A stretch of DNA of 64,000 nucleotides from Thermoanaerobaculia bacterium (GTDB lineage: Bacteria > Acidobacteriota > Thermoanaerobaculia > UBA5066), in assembly GCA_963719225.1 (NCBI GenBank), contig CAVRAY010000001.1, positions 1,312,001 through 1,376,000 on the forward strand, given 5' to 3'. Each line of letters opens with the position of its first letter. The stretch's first letter is position 1. Under the pieces are notes generated by a model, which made no database searches, had not been told where the DNA came from, and saw only the letters and a program-made list of their open reading frames with translations. Shown piece after piece: positions 38,567-48,629 of this stretch. The translations under genes and the position numbers were made by a program.

Positions 38567-39601
38567 ATGAAAGCAGTCTTCCTGACCGCCCACGGCGGCA
38601 ACGACGTTCTCTCCTTCGGCGAGCGGCCCGACCCGGTTCCGGGCGCCGGAGAGGTGCTCGTGAAGGTCGAGGCGGCCGCGCTCAACGGGCTCGACATCTT
38701 CGTGAGGAACGGCATTCCCGGCGTGCCCGTGACCTTTCCTCACGTGCCGGGCGCCGACGGGACGGGAGTCGTCGAGGCGCTCGGACCGGGCGTGAAGGGC
38801 CCCGCGCCCGGAACGCGCGTCGTCCTTCAGCCCGGTCTTTCCTGCGGCACCTGCGAGTTCTGTCTCGCCGGCGAGCGCAGCCTGTGCGTGACGTTCCGGA
38901 TTCTCGGAGAGCACCTCCCGGGCACGTTTGCCGAGAAGGTCGCCGTGCCCCGGGCGAACGTCTACCCGACGCCCGGCCGGCTTTCTCCGGAGCAGGCCGC
39001 GGCGTTTCCGCTCGTGGGGCTCACGGCGTGGCGCATGCTCGTGACCCGCGCCGCTCTCCGGCCGGGGGAGACCGTGCTCGTGCACGGCGTCGGCGGCGGC
39101 GTCTCGACGATGGCGGTGCAGATCGCGAAGCTGTGCGGGGCGTCCCGGGTCTTCGTCACGTCCTCGTCCGAGGAAAAGCTCCAGCGCGCGCGGGAGCTCG
39201 GGGCGGACGAGACGATCAACTACAAGACGGCGGATGTCGGCAAGGCGATCCGCGAGCTGACGAAAAAGCGCGGCGTGGACCTCGTCGTGGACTCGGTCGG
39301 GGCGGCCACGTGGCGTCACTCGCTCAATGCGGCCGCCAGGAATGGTCGCATCGTCACGTGCGGCGCGACGTCCGGCCCGAACCCCGAGGAGGAGATCCGC
39401 ACCATCTTCTGGAAGCAGCTCACGATCCTCGGGTCCACTATGGGCACGGACGCGGAGTTCACGGCGATGCTTTCGGCCGTCGAGGCCGGCCGGATCGATC
39501 CCGTCGTGGACAGCGTCTTCCCGCTCGCGGACGCGCGCCAGGCCTACGAGCGGATGGCTTCGGGGGCGGCCTTCGGGAAGATCGTCCTCAAGGTCGCCTG
39601 A
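38567..39601 (+). CDS. Zn-binding alcohol dehydrogenase / quinone oxidoreductase family
   Basis: PHVPGADG, CGTCEFC...C, TAWRML, GVGGGV, GSTMG, FGKIVL. Confidence 0.9.
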   Translation: MKAVFLTAHGGNDVLSFGERPDPVPGAGEVLVKVEAAALNGLDIFVRNGIPGVPVTFPHVPGADGTGVVEALGPGVKGPAPGTRVVLQPGLSCGTCEFCLAGERSLCVTFRILGEHLPGTFAEKVAVPRANVYPTPGRLSPEQAAAFPLVGLTAWRMLVTRAALRPGETVLVHGVGGGVSTMAVQIAKLCGASRVFVTSSSEEKLQRARELGADETINYKTADVGKAIRELTKKRGVDLVVDSVGAATWRHSLNAAARNGRIVTCGATSGPNPEEEIRTIFWKQLTILGSTMGTDAEFTAMLSAVEAGRIDPVVDSVFPLADARQAYERMASGAAFGKIVLKVA

Positions 39602-39676
39602 GACCGCCGGGCTCGTTGTCGCGTCCGCCTGTCGGGCGTAGAGTGAGTCTCGAGTCGACCGCGCCGAGGAGGATGA

Positions 39677-40306
39677 ATGGCGTCACTCCTTTCCCGCCGC
39701 GAATTGGTGGAGCGTTGTCTCGCTACGGGAGCCCTCAAGCTCGCTCCGGCCCTTCCGCTCGGGTTCGCGGCGCCCCTCCTCGCGGACGAAGTCGCGCACG
39801 CGCCGACGCCGTCGAACGAGCTCGGTCCCTTCTACAAGCGGAGGGCGCCGAAGACGGCGGTCCTCGCGCCCGAGGGCGCCCCGGGCGTCCCTCTCACGGT
39901 GGAGGGCGTCGTCCTGGACACGCATGGCGAGCGGCTTGAAGGCGCGGTCCTCGAGCTCTGGCACGCTTCGGGCGCGGGCCTGTACGACAACGAGGGTTAC
40001 CTCTACCGGGGCGTCGTCGAAGCGGGCTCCAAGGGCGCATACGAGTTCCGATCCGTGCTCCCCGGACACTACGTCGGGCGCGTCTGCCAGCACATCCACT
40101 ATCGGGTGACGGCGCCGGGCCACAAGCCGCTCGTCACGCAGCTCTACTTCGCCACGGACCCCGCGTTCGACGGGGACCCGGACAGGAACTTCCGCAAGGA
40201 CCCGCTGATCACGAGCCGCGAGCTCGTGCGGCCCGTGTCCCTCGCGGCGGACGGCGCCACCGTGCGCGCGAAAGTGCGCTTCGAGATCACCCTCGAACGC
40301 GCCTGA
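39677..40306 (+). CDS. Tat-exported intradiol dioxygenase-like protein
   Basis: SRRELV signal, GPFY, ELWHA...YD, PGHY..R..HIHY, TQLYF. Confidence 0.85.
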   Translation: MASLLSRRELVERCLATGALKLAPALPLGFAAPLLADEVAHAPTPSNELGPFYKRRAPKTAVLAPEGAPGVPLTVEGVVLDTHGERLEGAVLELWHASGAGLYDNEGYLYRGVVEAGSKGAYEFRSVLPGHYVGRVCQHIHYRVTAPGHKPLVTQLYFATDPAFDGDPDRNFRKDPLITSRELVRPVSLAADGATVRAKVRFEITLERA

Positions 40307-41235
40307 TGGGACGCCCGCCCGACCATCTTCTCCGGCTCGAAGCTCGCGCGAGCGCGGGTGCCAGTGAGCCGCTCGGCGACTCTCTCGCGGTTTCATTCGC
40401 GGACGGGACGCTGCGCGTCTACGGGCCCGGTGGCGAGGTGCGCCGGACGTGGAAAGCCGGCGACAAGGGGTTCGTCGCCCTTGCGTATTCTGGGGACGGC
40501 CGGCGACTCGTCGGGGGCGGCTCGGACGGCCGCGTTTCTGTCGTGGAGTCGGGCACGGGGCGCGAACTCGGCTCGTTTCCCGCAAACGCGGCGAAGATCG
40601 AAGCGCTCGTCTCCTCGCGCGACGGGAGCGTCGTCGCGACGGCCGCGGGGTCCGAGGCCGCCGCCTTCCGGACCGCGGACGGGACCCGTCTCTTCAAGAT
40701 CGGCTCGACTGTCTCGGAGGTGACGGATGTCGCCGTTGCGTCTGGAGGCGACCGCGTCGCCGTGGCGTTCACGGACGTCGACGTGCGTCTCGTGGATTCG
40801 TCGACAGGGCGCGTTCGCGCGACGATCGCCGACCTGGACATGGCGGCGTTCTGCCTCGCGTTCTCGCCGGACGGGCGGCAGCTCGCGTGCGGTTGTGCGG
40901 ATGGGTGCGTCACGATCCGCGACGTGGCGACGGGCTCGCGCGTCCGCGCCGACGTGCGCCACGCCGAGCCCGTCGGCGCGGTGAGGTTCTCGCCTGACGG
41001 GTCGTGGGTCACGAGCGTCGGACAGAGCATGAACCCGGCGACGCGCGAGGCATCGGTGAAGACGATATCGGTCGCGACGAGCATCGTCGCGACGGAGGTG
41101 CTCGGGGTCCTGCCGTTCGTGACGCTCGGCTTCTCGGAAGACGGGACGGCGCACGTCGCCTCGCCCGAGCGAGGGGTCGGAGTGCGCGTGTGGGACGTGC
41201 GGCGTCCGGGCGGAGCCGAATTCAGAAACTCCTGA
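40306..41235 (+). CDS. WD40-repeat beta-propeller protein
   Basis: LAYSGDG, LAFSPDG, VRFSPDG, VRVWD repeats. Confidence 0.85.
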   Translation: MGRPPDHLLRLEARASAGASEPLGDSLAVSFADGTLRVYGPGGEVRRTWKAGDKGFVALAYSGDGRRLVGGGSDGRVSVVESGTGRELGSFPANAAKIEALVSSRDGSVVATAAGSEAAAFRTADGTRLFKIGSTVSEVTDVAVASGGDRVAVAFTDVDVRLVDSSTGRVRATIADLDMAAFCLAFSPDGRQLACGCADGCVTIRDVATGSRVRADVRHAEPVGAVRFSPDGSWVTSVGQSMNPATREASVKTISVATSIVATEVLGVLPFVTLGFSEDGTAHVASPERGVGVRVWDVRRPGGAEFRNS

Positions 41236-41240
41236 GCGAA

Positions 41241-42311
41241 CTAAGAGTCGGCAAAGAGATCGAGCTGCGGCGCGGGCGGCCGCCGGAACGCGGCCGCCGA
41301 GAGACCCGGCGAGCGGGACGTGAAGCCGACCTTCCGCGCTGCGACGGCGAAAAGCGTTCGCATCTGGAGGGCATATGGTCCCTCTCCCGTCATGCGCGAG
41401 CCGAAGCGCGGGTCGTTCAGGGCACCGCCGCGGATCCCGCGCAGGAGCGAGAGGACCTTCTCCTTCCGCAGAGGAGTGTGCCGTTCGAGCCAGTCCTCGA
41501 AGAGCGGCGCGACCGCGAACGGCAGCCGGAGCGGGATGAACCCGGCCGAGCGGGCGCCGGCCTCCCACGCGGCCGCGAGGAGCGCGGGGACCTCGTGGTC
41601 CGTGAGGCCCGGGATGATCGGGGCGAGCATCACCCCGGCGGGCACGCCGACCTCCGCGACCGCGCGGATCGCGGCAAGCCGGCGGGCCGGGGTCGCCGCG
41701 CGCGGCTCCATCGCGCGGGCGAGCGCGTCGTCGAGCGTCGTGAGCGAGATCGACACGCCCGCAGCGCCGTGTACCGCGAGGCTGGCGAGCAGGTCGAGGT
41801 CGCGCGTCACGAGCTCGCTCTTCGTGATGACGGCGACGGGATGCCGGAGCGCCGCGAACACCTCGAGGCAGCGCCGTGTGACGCCGAGACGGCGTTCGAC
41901 GGGCTGGTAGCAGTCCGTCACTCCGCTCATGACGATCGTCTCGGGCGTCCAGGACGGAGCGAGGAGCGCTTCCGCGAGGAGCCGCGGTGCGTCCTCCTTC
42001 ACGAGGAGGCGCGTCTCGAAATCGAGCCCCGCCGAGAAGCCGAGGTATTCGTGCGTCGGGCGCGCATAGCAGTAGATGCAGCCGTGCTCGCAGCCGCGAT
42101 AGGGGTTCACGCTGTACGTGAACGGGACGTCGGGACTGTCGTTCTTCGAGAGGATCGAGCGCGTCGCGTCGCGGTAGAGCTCCGTCTTCGGCGTGCCCTG
42201 TTCGGCGGGCGCGTCCGGGTCCAGCTCGTAGTGCAGCCTCTCGAAGCGATTCGGCGGGTTGTCGGCCGCTCCGCGGCCCCGGAACCCCGGGGGAACATAC
42301 GCCTCACTCAC
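41241..42311 (-). CDS. PA0069-family radical SAM protein
   Basis: NPYRGCEHGCIYCYARP, SGVTDCYQP, MEPRA, C-terminal QLDLF clamp-binding-like motif. Confidence 0.92.
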   Translation of the reverse strand: MSEAYVPPGFRGRGAADNPPNRFERLHYELDPDAPAEQGTPKTELYRDATRSILSKNDSPDVPFTYSVNPYRGCEHGCIYCYARPTHEYLGFSAGLDFETRLLVKEDAPRLLAEALLAPSWTPETIVMSGVTDCYQPVERRLGVTRRCLEVFAALRHPVAVITKSELVTRDLDLLASLAVHGAAGVSISLTTLDDALARAMEPRAATPARRLAAIRAVAEVGVPAGVMLAPIIPGLTDHEVPALLAAAWEAGARSAGFIPLRLPFAVAPLFEDWLERHTPLRKEKVLSLLRGIRGGALNDPRFGSRMTGEGPYALQMRTLFAVAARKVGFTSRSPGLSAAAFRRPPAPQLDLFADS

Positions 42312-42343
42312 GCCCCGATCCTGCCACGGCTCGGCGCGCGGCG

Positions 42344-44059
42344 CTACGCCGGAATCCAGAGGGTGAAGGTCGAGCCGGGACCGCTTTCGTTGTTCGCGAC
42401 GTCGAGGCGTCCGCGGTGGGCCTGCAGCACCTTCTGCACGACCGTCAGGCCGAGACCGGTGCCGGGTACTTTCTCGCTGCCCTGAAATCTCAGATAAGGG
42501 GTCGCGATTCTCGACTTCTCGGCGGCGGGGAAACCCGGCCCCTGGTCGGTCACGGAGATGCGCAGGAAAGGCCGTCCCTCGTCCGGCACCATCTCGACCT
42601 TGACGTGCACGATCCCGCCCGGCGGGCTGAACTTCACGGCATTGCCCAGGAGGTTCGCCGCAGCGCGCCGGAACATCGCGAGATCGAGCGGGACCTTCGG
42701 GAGATCCCTCGGCACGTCGGATTCGACGGTCACATGGCGTGCCACGGCGAGCCAGCGTGCCTCCTCGAGCGGCAGCGCGAGCGCGTCGGCCGGAGAGACC
42801 GGGCGCTTCTCCGTTTCCGGGGCGTCCGCCGGCCGGTAGACGAGGAGCGCGTCCTCGATGAGCCCCTGCAGCCCGCGGGCCGAGGCCAGCGAGCCGTCGA
42901 GCATCTTCGCGAGACGCTCGTCGCCAGTCCGGCGCTCCTTGTCGCGCGTGAGCTCGAGTGCGGCCGAGAGCGCCGAAAGCGGGTTTTTCATGTCGTGCAC
43001 GAGCATCGCGGTGAGGCGGCTCCGGTCGCGGTCGGCGAGCTCGCGGCGCCGCTGCTCGAGGGCGAGGGCCTCGAGCTGGCTCTGCAGGTTTCCGTAGAGG
43101 CGCGCCGCGCGGATCGCGAGAGCGAGCTGGTCGGCGGCGCGCCCGAAAAAGACGAGCTCGTCTGCCGGGAAGGCGCGCGGCTCGACCCAGGACATGCCGA
43201 GGACCCCCATCAGCTCGCCCTCGCGGTGAATCGGAATGCCCACGAGGCTCGCGGCCCCGAGGGCCTCGAGCGCGGCGAAAGCGAGCGACGTCGGATCGAG
43301 CTCGTTGCGGTCGGAGACGACGTACGGCTGACGCGAGGAGACGAGGGCGCGGAACGGCTCGCTGTCGGGCAGCGGCCGCTCGTATCCCACGAGGGACGAG
43401 CCCGCGTCGCCCTGGCGCCAGTCCATGAAGACCGTGCACGAGGTCGCGTCCTCGTTCAGGAACCAGATCTCGACCGAGTTCGCGGCGAATCGCGTGCCGA
43501 GGAGCGACGTCGCGGCGCCGAGCACTTCTTCGAGGTTGAGCGAATCCCTCGACGCGAGCGCGATGGACGCGAGGATGTCGTTGCGCTTGGCCTCCGTGCG
43601 AAGCCGTTCCTTGAACGCGTCTTCGTGCTCCTGCGAGCGGCGGCGCTGGAGAAGGAGGAGCCGTTCGAGTCGCATCGCCAGGAGCGGCCCTTCGTCGCGC
43701 TCGCGCACGACCTCGAAGGACTCGAGCGGAATCCGCCTGACGAGCTGGTCCGTGATCTCGTCGCCGGGCGGCACGACGACGAGACAGAGCGGCGGAGAAG
43801 GGGCGACATCGAGGATTGGCGGCCGCACCCGGACGAAGCCGCGACCGAAGGCGTCGGGTCTCGTCACCCAGACGAGAGGCCAGTGCGAAAAGAAATCCGG
43901 CTCCGTGATCTCCGTCTCGTCGTGGCGCTCGACGAGGAGGCCTCCCGCCGACAACGTCCGGGCCACCCAGGCCATCGCTTCCGGCTCGCCCACGAGCTTG
44001 ATCCTTCGCAGGATTCCATCGCGCTCCGTGCGCGCGGTGATTCCGCTGACCGGCTCCAT
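42344..44059 (-). CDS. Cytoplasmic GAF sensor histidine kinase
   Basis: GAF region, HDMKNPL, NLLGNAVKF, DQGPG, GTGLGL; start uncertain. Confidence 0.88.
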   Translation of the reverse strand: MEPVSGITARTERDGILRRIKLVGEPEAMAWVARTLSAGGLLVERHDETEITEPDFFSHWPLVWVTRPDAFGRGFVRVRPPILDVAPSPPLCLVVVPPGDEITDQLVRRIPLESFEVVRERDEGPLLAMRLERLLLLQRRRSQEHEDAFKERLRTEAKRNDILASIALASRDSLNLEEVLGAATSLLGTRFAANSVEIWFLNEDATSCTVFMDWRQGDAGSSLVGYERPLPDSEPFRALVSSRQPYVVSDRNELDPTSLAFAALEALGAASLVGIPIHREGELMGVLGMSWVEPRAFPADELVFFGRAADQLALAIRAARLYGNLQSQLEALALEQRRRELADRDRSRLTAMLVHDMKNPLSALSAALELTRDKERRTGDERLAKMLDGSLASARGLQGLIEDALLVYRPADAPETEKRPVSPADALALPLEEARWLAVARHVTVESDVPRDLPKVPLDLAMFRRAAANLLGNAVKFSPPGGIVHVKVEMVPDEGRPFLRISVTDQGPGFPAAEKSRIATPYLRFQGSEKVPGTGLGLTVVQKVLQAHRGRLDVANNESGPGSTFTLWIPA

Positions 44060-44105
44060 GGGCACATTCTCGCCGCCGGTTCGGGCCTCGTCCACCACGA
44101 CGGGC

Positions 44106-44990
44106 ATGAGATCATCCTTCGAGATGCCGGTCGGCCTCGTCTTTCTCGCCGCGGCTCTCGCGGCGCCCGCCCTGGAAGCTTCGCCGAGTGTCCCGCTCCC
44201 TCCGCTCGTGACGTACGAGCTCCTCGAATCCACGCGAAGCGTCACGCCCGCGGGCCAACGCGCCGTCTCGGCCGGCGGAACCGTGACGGTGCGCGCCTCC
44301 CGGGCACGCTGGGACCTCACGCACGGGACGTTTCCCCGCTCCACCGCGTCCTCCGTCGTCGCGGAAGCGGACGGCGTGACGTTGCTCGACCGTCAGGAAA
44401 AGCTCGCGGCCCAGGCTTCGGCCGCGGACTTCGTCGGGCTCTTTTCGGGGCGCCCCGCGGATAGTGGCGCGACGGTGCCTGCCGTGCGCGACGTGACCGT
44501 CGTCCTTCGGCCCGACGGCAGGGGGCGTCCGTTCCAGGACCTTTCCACGTCGCGCTTCCGGCTGGACGGGGCGTGGACCGTCGTCCTTTCGGCGCCCGGG
44601 CGCATCACGCGCGTGAAGACCGAGGTCGCCGGAGTCGTGGAGACGGCGGATCTTCCCGAAGCCCTCTCTCCCCTCGATTCCCTCGCGCGGCTTCTGCCCG
44701 CCCGCGGAGAGGCGCGCGAAGCCTTCGAGAAGGAGCTCGCGAAGGTGCCCGGCCTTCCCGTGTTCGTCGAGCTCACCGTGACATCGACGTCGAGCACCGA
44801 GATGCCGGGGATCCCGCCGGGCACCGAACCCCCGCCGAAGCCCGTGAGCGCGCGCTCGACGGCCACGCGCCGCGTCTCGAATCTCGCCGTTCGGCCCGGA
44901 ATCCGCGGCGACGAGGCGCTCGTTTCCGTCCCGGAGGATTTCCGGACGCGCGGCCTCGAGAGGCTCGTGAGGGAGCGCGAGCTACCTTGA
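44106..44990 (+). CDS. Secreted hypothetical protein
   Basis: Signal-like VGLVFLAAALAAPALEA, beta-rich body, stop overlaps the cobB start. Confidence 0.65.
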   Translation: MRSSFEMPVGLVFLAAALAAPALEASPSVPLPPLVTYELLESTRSVTPAGQRAVSAGGTVTVRASRARWDLTHGTFPRSTASSVVAEADGVTLLDRQEKLAAQASAADFVGLFSGRPADSGATVPAVRDVTVVLRPDGRGRPFQDLSTSRFRLDGAWTVVLSAPGRITRVKTEVAGVVETADLPEALSPLDSLARLLPARGEAREAFEKELAKVPGLPVFVELTVTSTSSTEMPGIPPGTEPPPKPVSARSTATRRVSNLAVRPGIRGDEALVSVPEDFRTRGLERLVRERELP

Positions 44991-45739
44991 GCGAGCCCCT
45001 CCTCACGCCGCTCCTCGACCTCCTGCCCGAGCTCCTGTCGGGGCGCCCGCTCGCCGTGCTGACGGGAGCGGGTATCTCGGCCGAGAGCGGTCTTCCGACG
45101 TTTCGCGGGCCCGGCGGGCTGTGGGAAGGGAATCGCCCGGAGGACCTCGCGACACCCGAGGCGTTCCAGGGGGATCCCGAAAAAGTGTGGCGGTTTTATG
45201 CGTGGCGCATCGAGAAGCTGCGGAGCGCGCGGCCGAACGAGGGGCACCTCGCACTGGCGCGCATGGAGCGCCTCCTGCCGCGCATGACGCTCGCGACGCA
45301 GAACGTGGACGGCCTGCACGCCGCCGCGGGGAGCCGGAACATCCTCGAGCTGCACGGCACGCTGCTCCAGGCGCGCTGCACGAAATGCTCTCGCCGCTCG
45401 GCGGCGCCCGAAGGCGCGATCCCGCCCCTCCCGCGATGCCCATGCGGCGGTCTGCTTCGACCCGACGTCGTGTGGTTCGGGGAAGCCCTGGCGCCCGAGG
45501 TCTGGGAATCCGCGGCGCGCGCGGCGGAGGAATGCGCGGTCTTCTTCGTCGTCGGCACGTCCTCCGTCGTGGCGCCCGCTTCGTCGCTCGCGCTCCTGGC
45601 GGCGCGCAGCGGCGCCTACGTGTTCGAGATCAACCCGGAGGAAACACCCCTCGCCCCTCTTGCGACGGGAGTTTTCCGGTCGACCGCGGCTGAGGTCCTG
45701 CCGGCCATCGTGAGAGCGCTCGTGAGGTGCATCCCGTGA
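44987..45739 (+). CDS. cobB: NAD-dependent protein deacylase (sirtuin)
   Basis: GAGISAESG.PTFRG, TQNVDGLH, ELHG, CxxC...CxC, RPDVVWFGE, VGTS. Confidence 0.92.
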   Translation: MSEPLLTPLLDLLPELLSGRPLAVLTGAGISAESGLPTFRGPGGLWEGNRPEDLATPEAFQGDPEKVWRFYAWRIEKLRSARPNEGHLALARMERLLPRMTLATQNVDGLHAAAGSRNILELHGTLLQARCTKCSRRSAAPEGAIPPLPRCPCGGLLRPDVVWFGEALAPEVWESAARAAEECAVFFVVGTSSVVAPASSLALLAARSGAYVFEINPEETPLAPLATGVFRSTAAEVLPAIVRALVRCIP

Positions 45740-46455
45740 CGGAGCGGCATCCGCGGCGCCGGCCCGGCCCGCAGGTCGGACGACTCTCCGAGACGAAGAA
45801 AGAAGAGAGACCCAGGGAGAAGATGCTTGGAAAGGGTCCCGAGCATCTGGACGACGAAGAGCTCCTCGCCATCGTTCTCGGCACGGGCAGCGTCCGTAGG
45901 CCGGTCCTCGAGATGGCGCACGACCTTCTCGCGGACGGCGGGTTCCCATCGCTGTTCGCGCGAGGCGCCGGCGATCTTCGCAGCCTCGTCCACGGAATCG
46001 GCCCGGCAAAGGCCACCCGCGTCGCGGCGATCCTCGAGATCGCGGCGCGTGTCTCCCATGATTCACTTTCTAAGAAAAATCTCCTCTCCGACCCTTCCTC
46101 CGTGAGCCGCTACCTCGTCGAGAGGCTCGCGCGCGAGACGCAGGAAGTCATGGGGGGCCTGCTCCTCGACTCCAAGAACCGCCTCGTGAAGGATGCTCTG
46201 TTGTTTCGCGGCACGGTGTCGCACGCGTCCGTCGCGCCCGCTCCGCTCTTCCGCCAGGCGATCCTCGCCGGAGCGGCAGGAGTGATCCTGTATCACAACC
46301 ACCCCTCGGGCGACCCCGAGCCTTCGCCCGAGGACCTCGCGACGACGCAGCGTTTCGCCGCGGCGGGCCGCGAGATCGGCATCGAGGTGAAGGACCACGT
46401 GATCGTGGGGCGCGGCCGGTGGGTCTCGTTCCACGATCGGGGGCTCCTGCGCTGA
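45736..46455 (+). CDS. radC: RadC (JAB/MPN) family protein
   Basis: RPREK, ELLAIVLGTG, GIGPAKA, HNHPSGDPEPS..D, DHVIVG. Confidence 0.92.
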   Translation: MTERHPRRRPGPQVGRLSETKKEERPREKMLGKGPEHLDDEELLAIVLGTGSVRRPVLEMAHDLLADGGFPSLFARGAGDLRSLVHGIGPAKATRVAAILEIAARVSHDSLSKKNLLSDPSSVSRYLVERLARETQEVMGGLLLDSKNRLVKDALLFRGTVSHASVAPAPLFRQAILAGAAGVILYHNHPSGDPEPSPEDLATTQRFAAAGREIGIEVKDHVIVGRGRWVSFHDRGLLR

Positions 46456-46465
46456 GGGAAACGGC

Positions 46466-47671
46466 ATGAAGACCTACGACGTGGCGGTCGTCGGCGGCGG
46501 CATCGTCGGCCTCGCGACGGCGTGGCGCCTCCTCGAGAGCGACCCGAAGCTCTCGGTCCTCCTCCTCGAGAAGGAGGGCGAGGCCGGCGCCCACCAGACC
46601 GGCCACAACAGCGGCGTCATCCACTCGGGCCTCTACTACAGGCCCGGCTCCGAGAAGGCGCGTTTATGCGTCGAGGGCGGGAACCTGCTCGTCGATTTCT
46701 GCCGCGCTCACGAGGTCCCGTACGAGATCTGCGGCAAGCTCGTCGTCGCGACGTCGGATGAGGAGCTGCCGCGCCTCGACGAGCTGGCCCGCCGCGGCAG
46801 GGAGAACGGCGTCGCGGGCGTGAAGGAGATGGAGCCTCCGGAGTTCCGGAAGATCGAGCCGCACGCGGCGGGCGTGAAGGCCCTTCACGTGCCGCCGACG
46901 GGCATCACGAACTACGGACTGGTCGCGAAGACGCTCGCGCGCCTTCTCTCCGAGCGCGGGGCGGACGTCCGGTTCCGCTCGAAGGTGACGGCGCTCTCCT
47001 CGGCCGGCTCGGAGGTGAGGATCGTCGTGGGAGGCGAGCACCTGGCGGCGAAGCATGCCGTCGCGTGCGCGGGCCTTCAGGCCGACCGCGTCGCGCGCCT
47101 GGACGGCGTCGACGCGGGCGTGCGGATCGTCCCGTTCCGGGGCGAGTACTACACGCTCGCGCCCGGGCGCGAGGGGCTCGTGAAGGGGCTCCTCTATCCC
47201 GTGCCCGACCCGCGCTTCCCGTTCCTCGGCGTCCATTTCACGCGGCTCGTCGGCGGGGGCGCGGAGGCGGGCCCGAACGCCGTGCCCGCGCTCGCCCGGG
47301 AGGGCTACGCGAAGACTTCCTTCAATCTCTTCGACGCGCTCGAGGAGGCCGCATATCCCGGCGTCTGGAAGCTTCTCGCGAAGTACGGCGGAATGGCGGC
47401 GGGGGAGCTCTACCGCTCGTTCTGGAAGCCCGCCTTCGTGAAGGCTCTGCAGAGGCTCATGCCCGACATCCGGAGCGAGGACCTCACGAGGGGCGGCGCC
47501 GGCGTGCGCGCTCAGGCTCTGCGCCGCGACGGCACGCTCGAGGACGACTTCGTCCTCGTCCCCCACGGCCGCATCGTCCACGTCCTGAACGCGCCGTCGC
47601 CCGCGGCCACGGCCTCGCTCGCGATCGGCGGGAGGATCGCCGACCGCGTTCTCGCGATGCGGGGAACGTAG
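46466..47671 (+). CDS. lhgO: L-2-hydroxyglutarate oxidase
   Basis: GGGIVG, HQTGHNSGVIHSGLYY, PFRGEYY, YPVPDP.FPFLGVHFT, NAPSPAATASL. Confidence 0.92.
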   Translation: MKTYDVAVVGGGIVGLATAWRLLESDPKLSVLLLEKEGEAGAHQTGHNSGVIHSGLYYRPGSEKARLCVEGGNLLVDFCRAHEVPYEICGKLVVATSDEELPRLDELARRGRENGVAGVKEMEPPEFRKIEPHAAGVKALHVPPTGITNYGLVAKTLARLLSERGADVRFRSKVTALSSAGSEVRIVVGGEHLAAKHAVACAGLQADRVARLDGVDAGVRIVPFRGEYYTLAPGREGLVKGLLYPVPDPRFPFLGVHFTRLVGGGAEAGPNAVPALAREGYAKTSFNLFDALEEAAYPGVWKLLAKYGGMAAGELYRSFWKPAFVKALQRLMPDIRSEDLTRGGAGVRAQALRRDGTLEDDFVLVPHGRIVHVLNAPSPAATASLAIGGRIADRVLAMRGT

Positions 47672-47693
47672 GAACCTGCCTCGATCGAGCAGA

Positions 47694-48500
47694 CTATGGC
47701 AGTGTGAAGCTCGGCCCAGCCACCGGTGCCGCATACGGCCGCGACGCGGAGACTGCCTGCAAGGTCCACGTAAAGCTGCCTGATCCCACCGAAGGGCCGA
47801 TCGTGTACCACGACGGTGCTCCCGGGTGAAACAGGCATCCTGACGCGCAATAACCGGTTCCTCCTGTCAGCCATAAGTTGTAAGTCACGGCGTCCCCGGA
47901 CGTGAGATTGTCCGGCGGCGTCCAGCCGAGATTCCTGCTCGGAGACGCTTCCTTCGACAAGGCGGTCGGCGCGTGGAGCTGAGGCGAGATGAGTTTTTCC
48001 CCGTCGCTGTGGATCGATACCGCTACGGGCTGCGTCGATCCCGGCGGGATGAGCTCGGAAACGATCGTGTGGATCTTGCGGCCCTGATCGCTGAGAACGA
48101 ACATGAGCTTGATCACCGCACCGGTCGAGCCGGGAGGCGCAGCGAGATCGATTTCGGCATTGCCGGTACAGTCGGAATTGACGTGATACGTCCCCGTCTC
48201 GTCTATGTGGAAGCCGGTGACGGGATCGGTCGGGCCGGAAAGGGGCACGCCGTTGGACATGACGAAGTCGGCCTGAGTGAGCCTGCCCTGACCATCGAAG
48301 GAAGTCATCGCGACTCCGTCGCGCAGGGTGACAGAGCCATTGGGTCCGAAGATCTGCCCGGAAACCGTGAAACCATAAGAACCGGTCAATGTGGCGTCGG
48401 TGCAGCCGTCGCCGTCGGCTTGGGCGCGCGCGACGCTTGTTGCCAGCGTCAATACCGCCGCGAACGCCATCATGACTTTCTTCCCGAGCGAGATTCTCAT
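47694..48500 (-). CDS. Secreted hypothetical protein (beta-barrel-like domain plus short Fn3-like C-terminal region)
   Basis: AAGGAG RBS, signal peptide, CTDATLTGSYGF...GTYHVNSDCTG. Confidence 0.7.
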   Translation of the reverse strand: MRISLGKKVMMAFAAVLTLATSVARAQADGDGCTDATLTGSYGFTVSGQIFGPNGSVTLRDGVAMTSFDGQGRLTQADFVMSNGVPLSGPTDPVTGFHIDETGTYHVNSDCTGNAEIDLAAPPGSTGAVIKLMFVLSDQGRKIHTIVSELIPPGSTQPVAVSIHSDGEKLISPQLHAPTALSKEASPSRNLGWTPPDNLTSGDAVTYNLWLTGGTGYCASGCLFHPGAPSWYTIGPSVGSGSFTWTLQAVSASRPYAAPVAGPSFTLP

Positions 48501-48629
48501 TTTGTTCTCCTTTCGACCATGCACCGGAATCTGGCGCCCGGATCGCTCGCGCGCCTCTATGGCGGACTCACGTTTCGATCACGTTTACTTGGGGCTTCGT
48601 TAGAGCAAGAATCGTTGCCGGAAAAGGAG

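Noticed and set aside
44987-46455. Sirtuin plus RadC as an anti-phage defence module
   Set aside because: The sirtuin is a canonical short CobB with a zinc finger, and RadC is the full-length housekeeping form in an ordinary operon.
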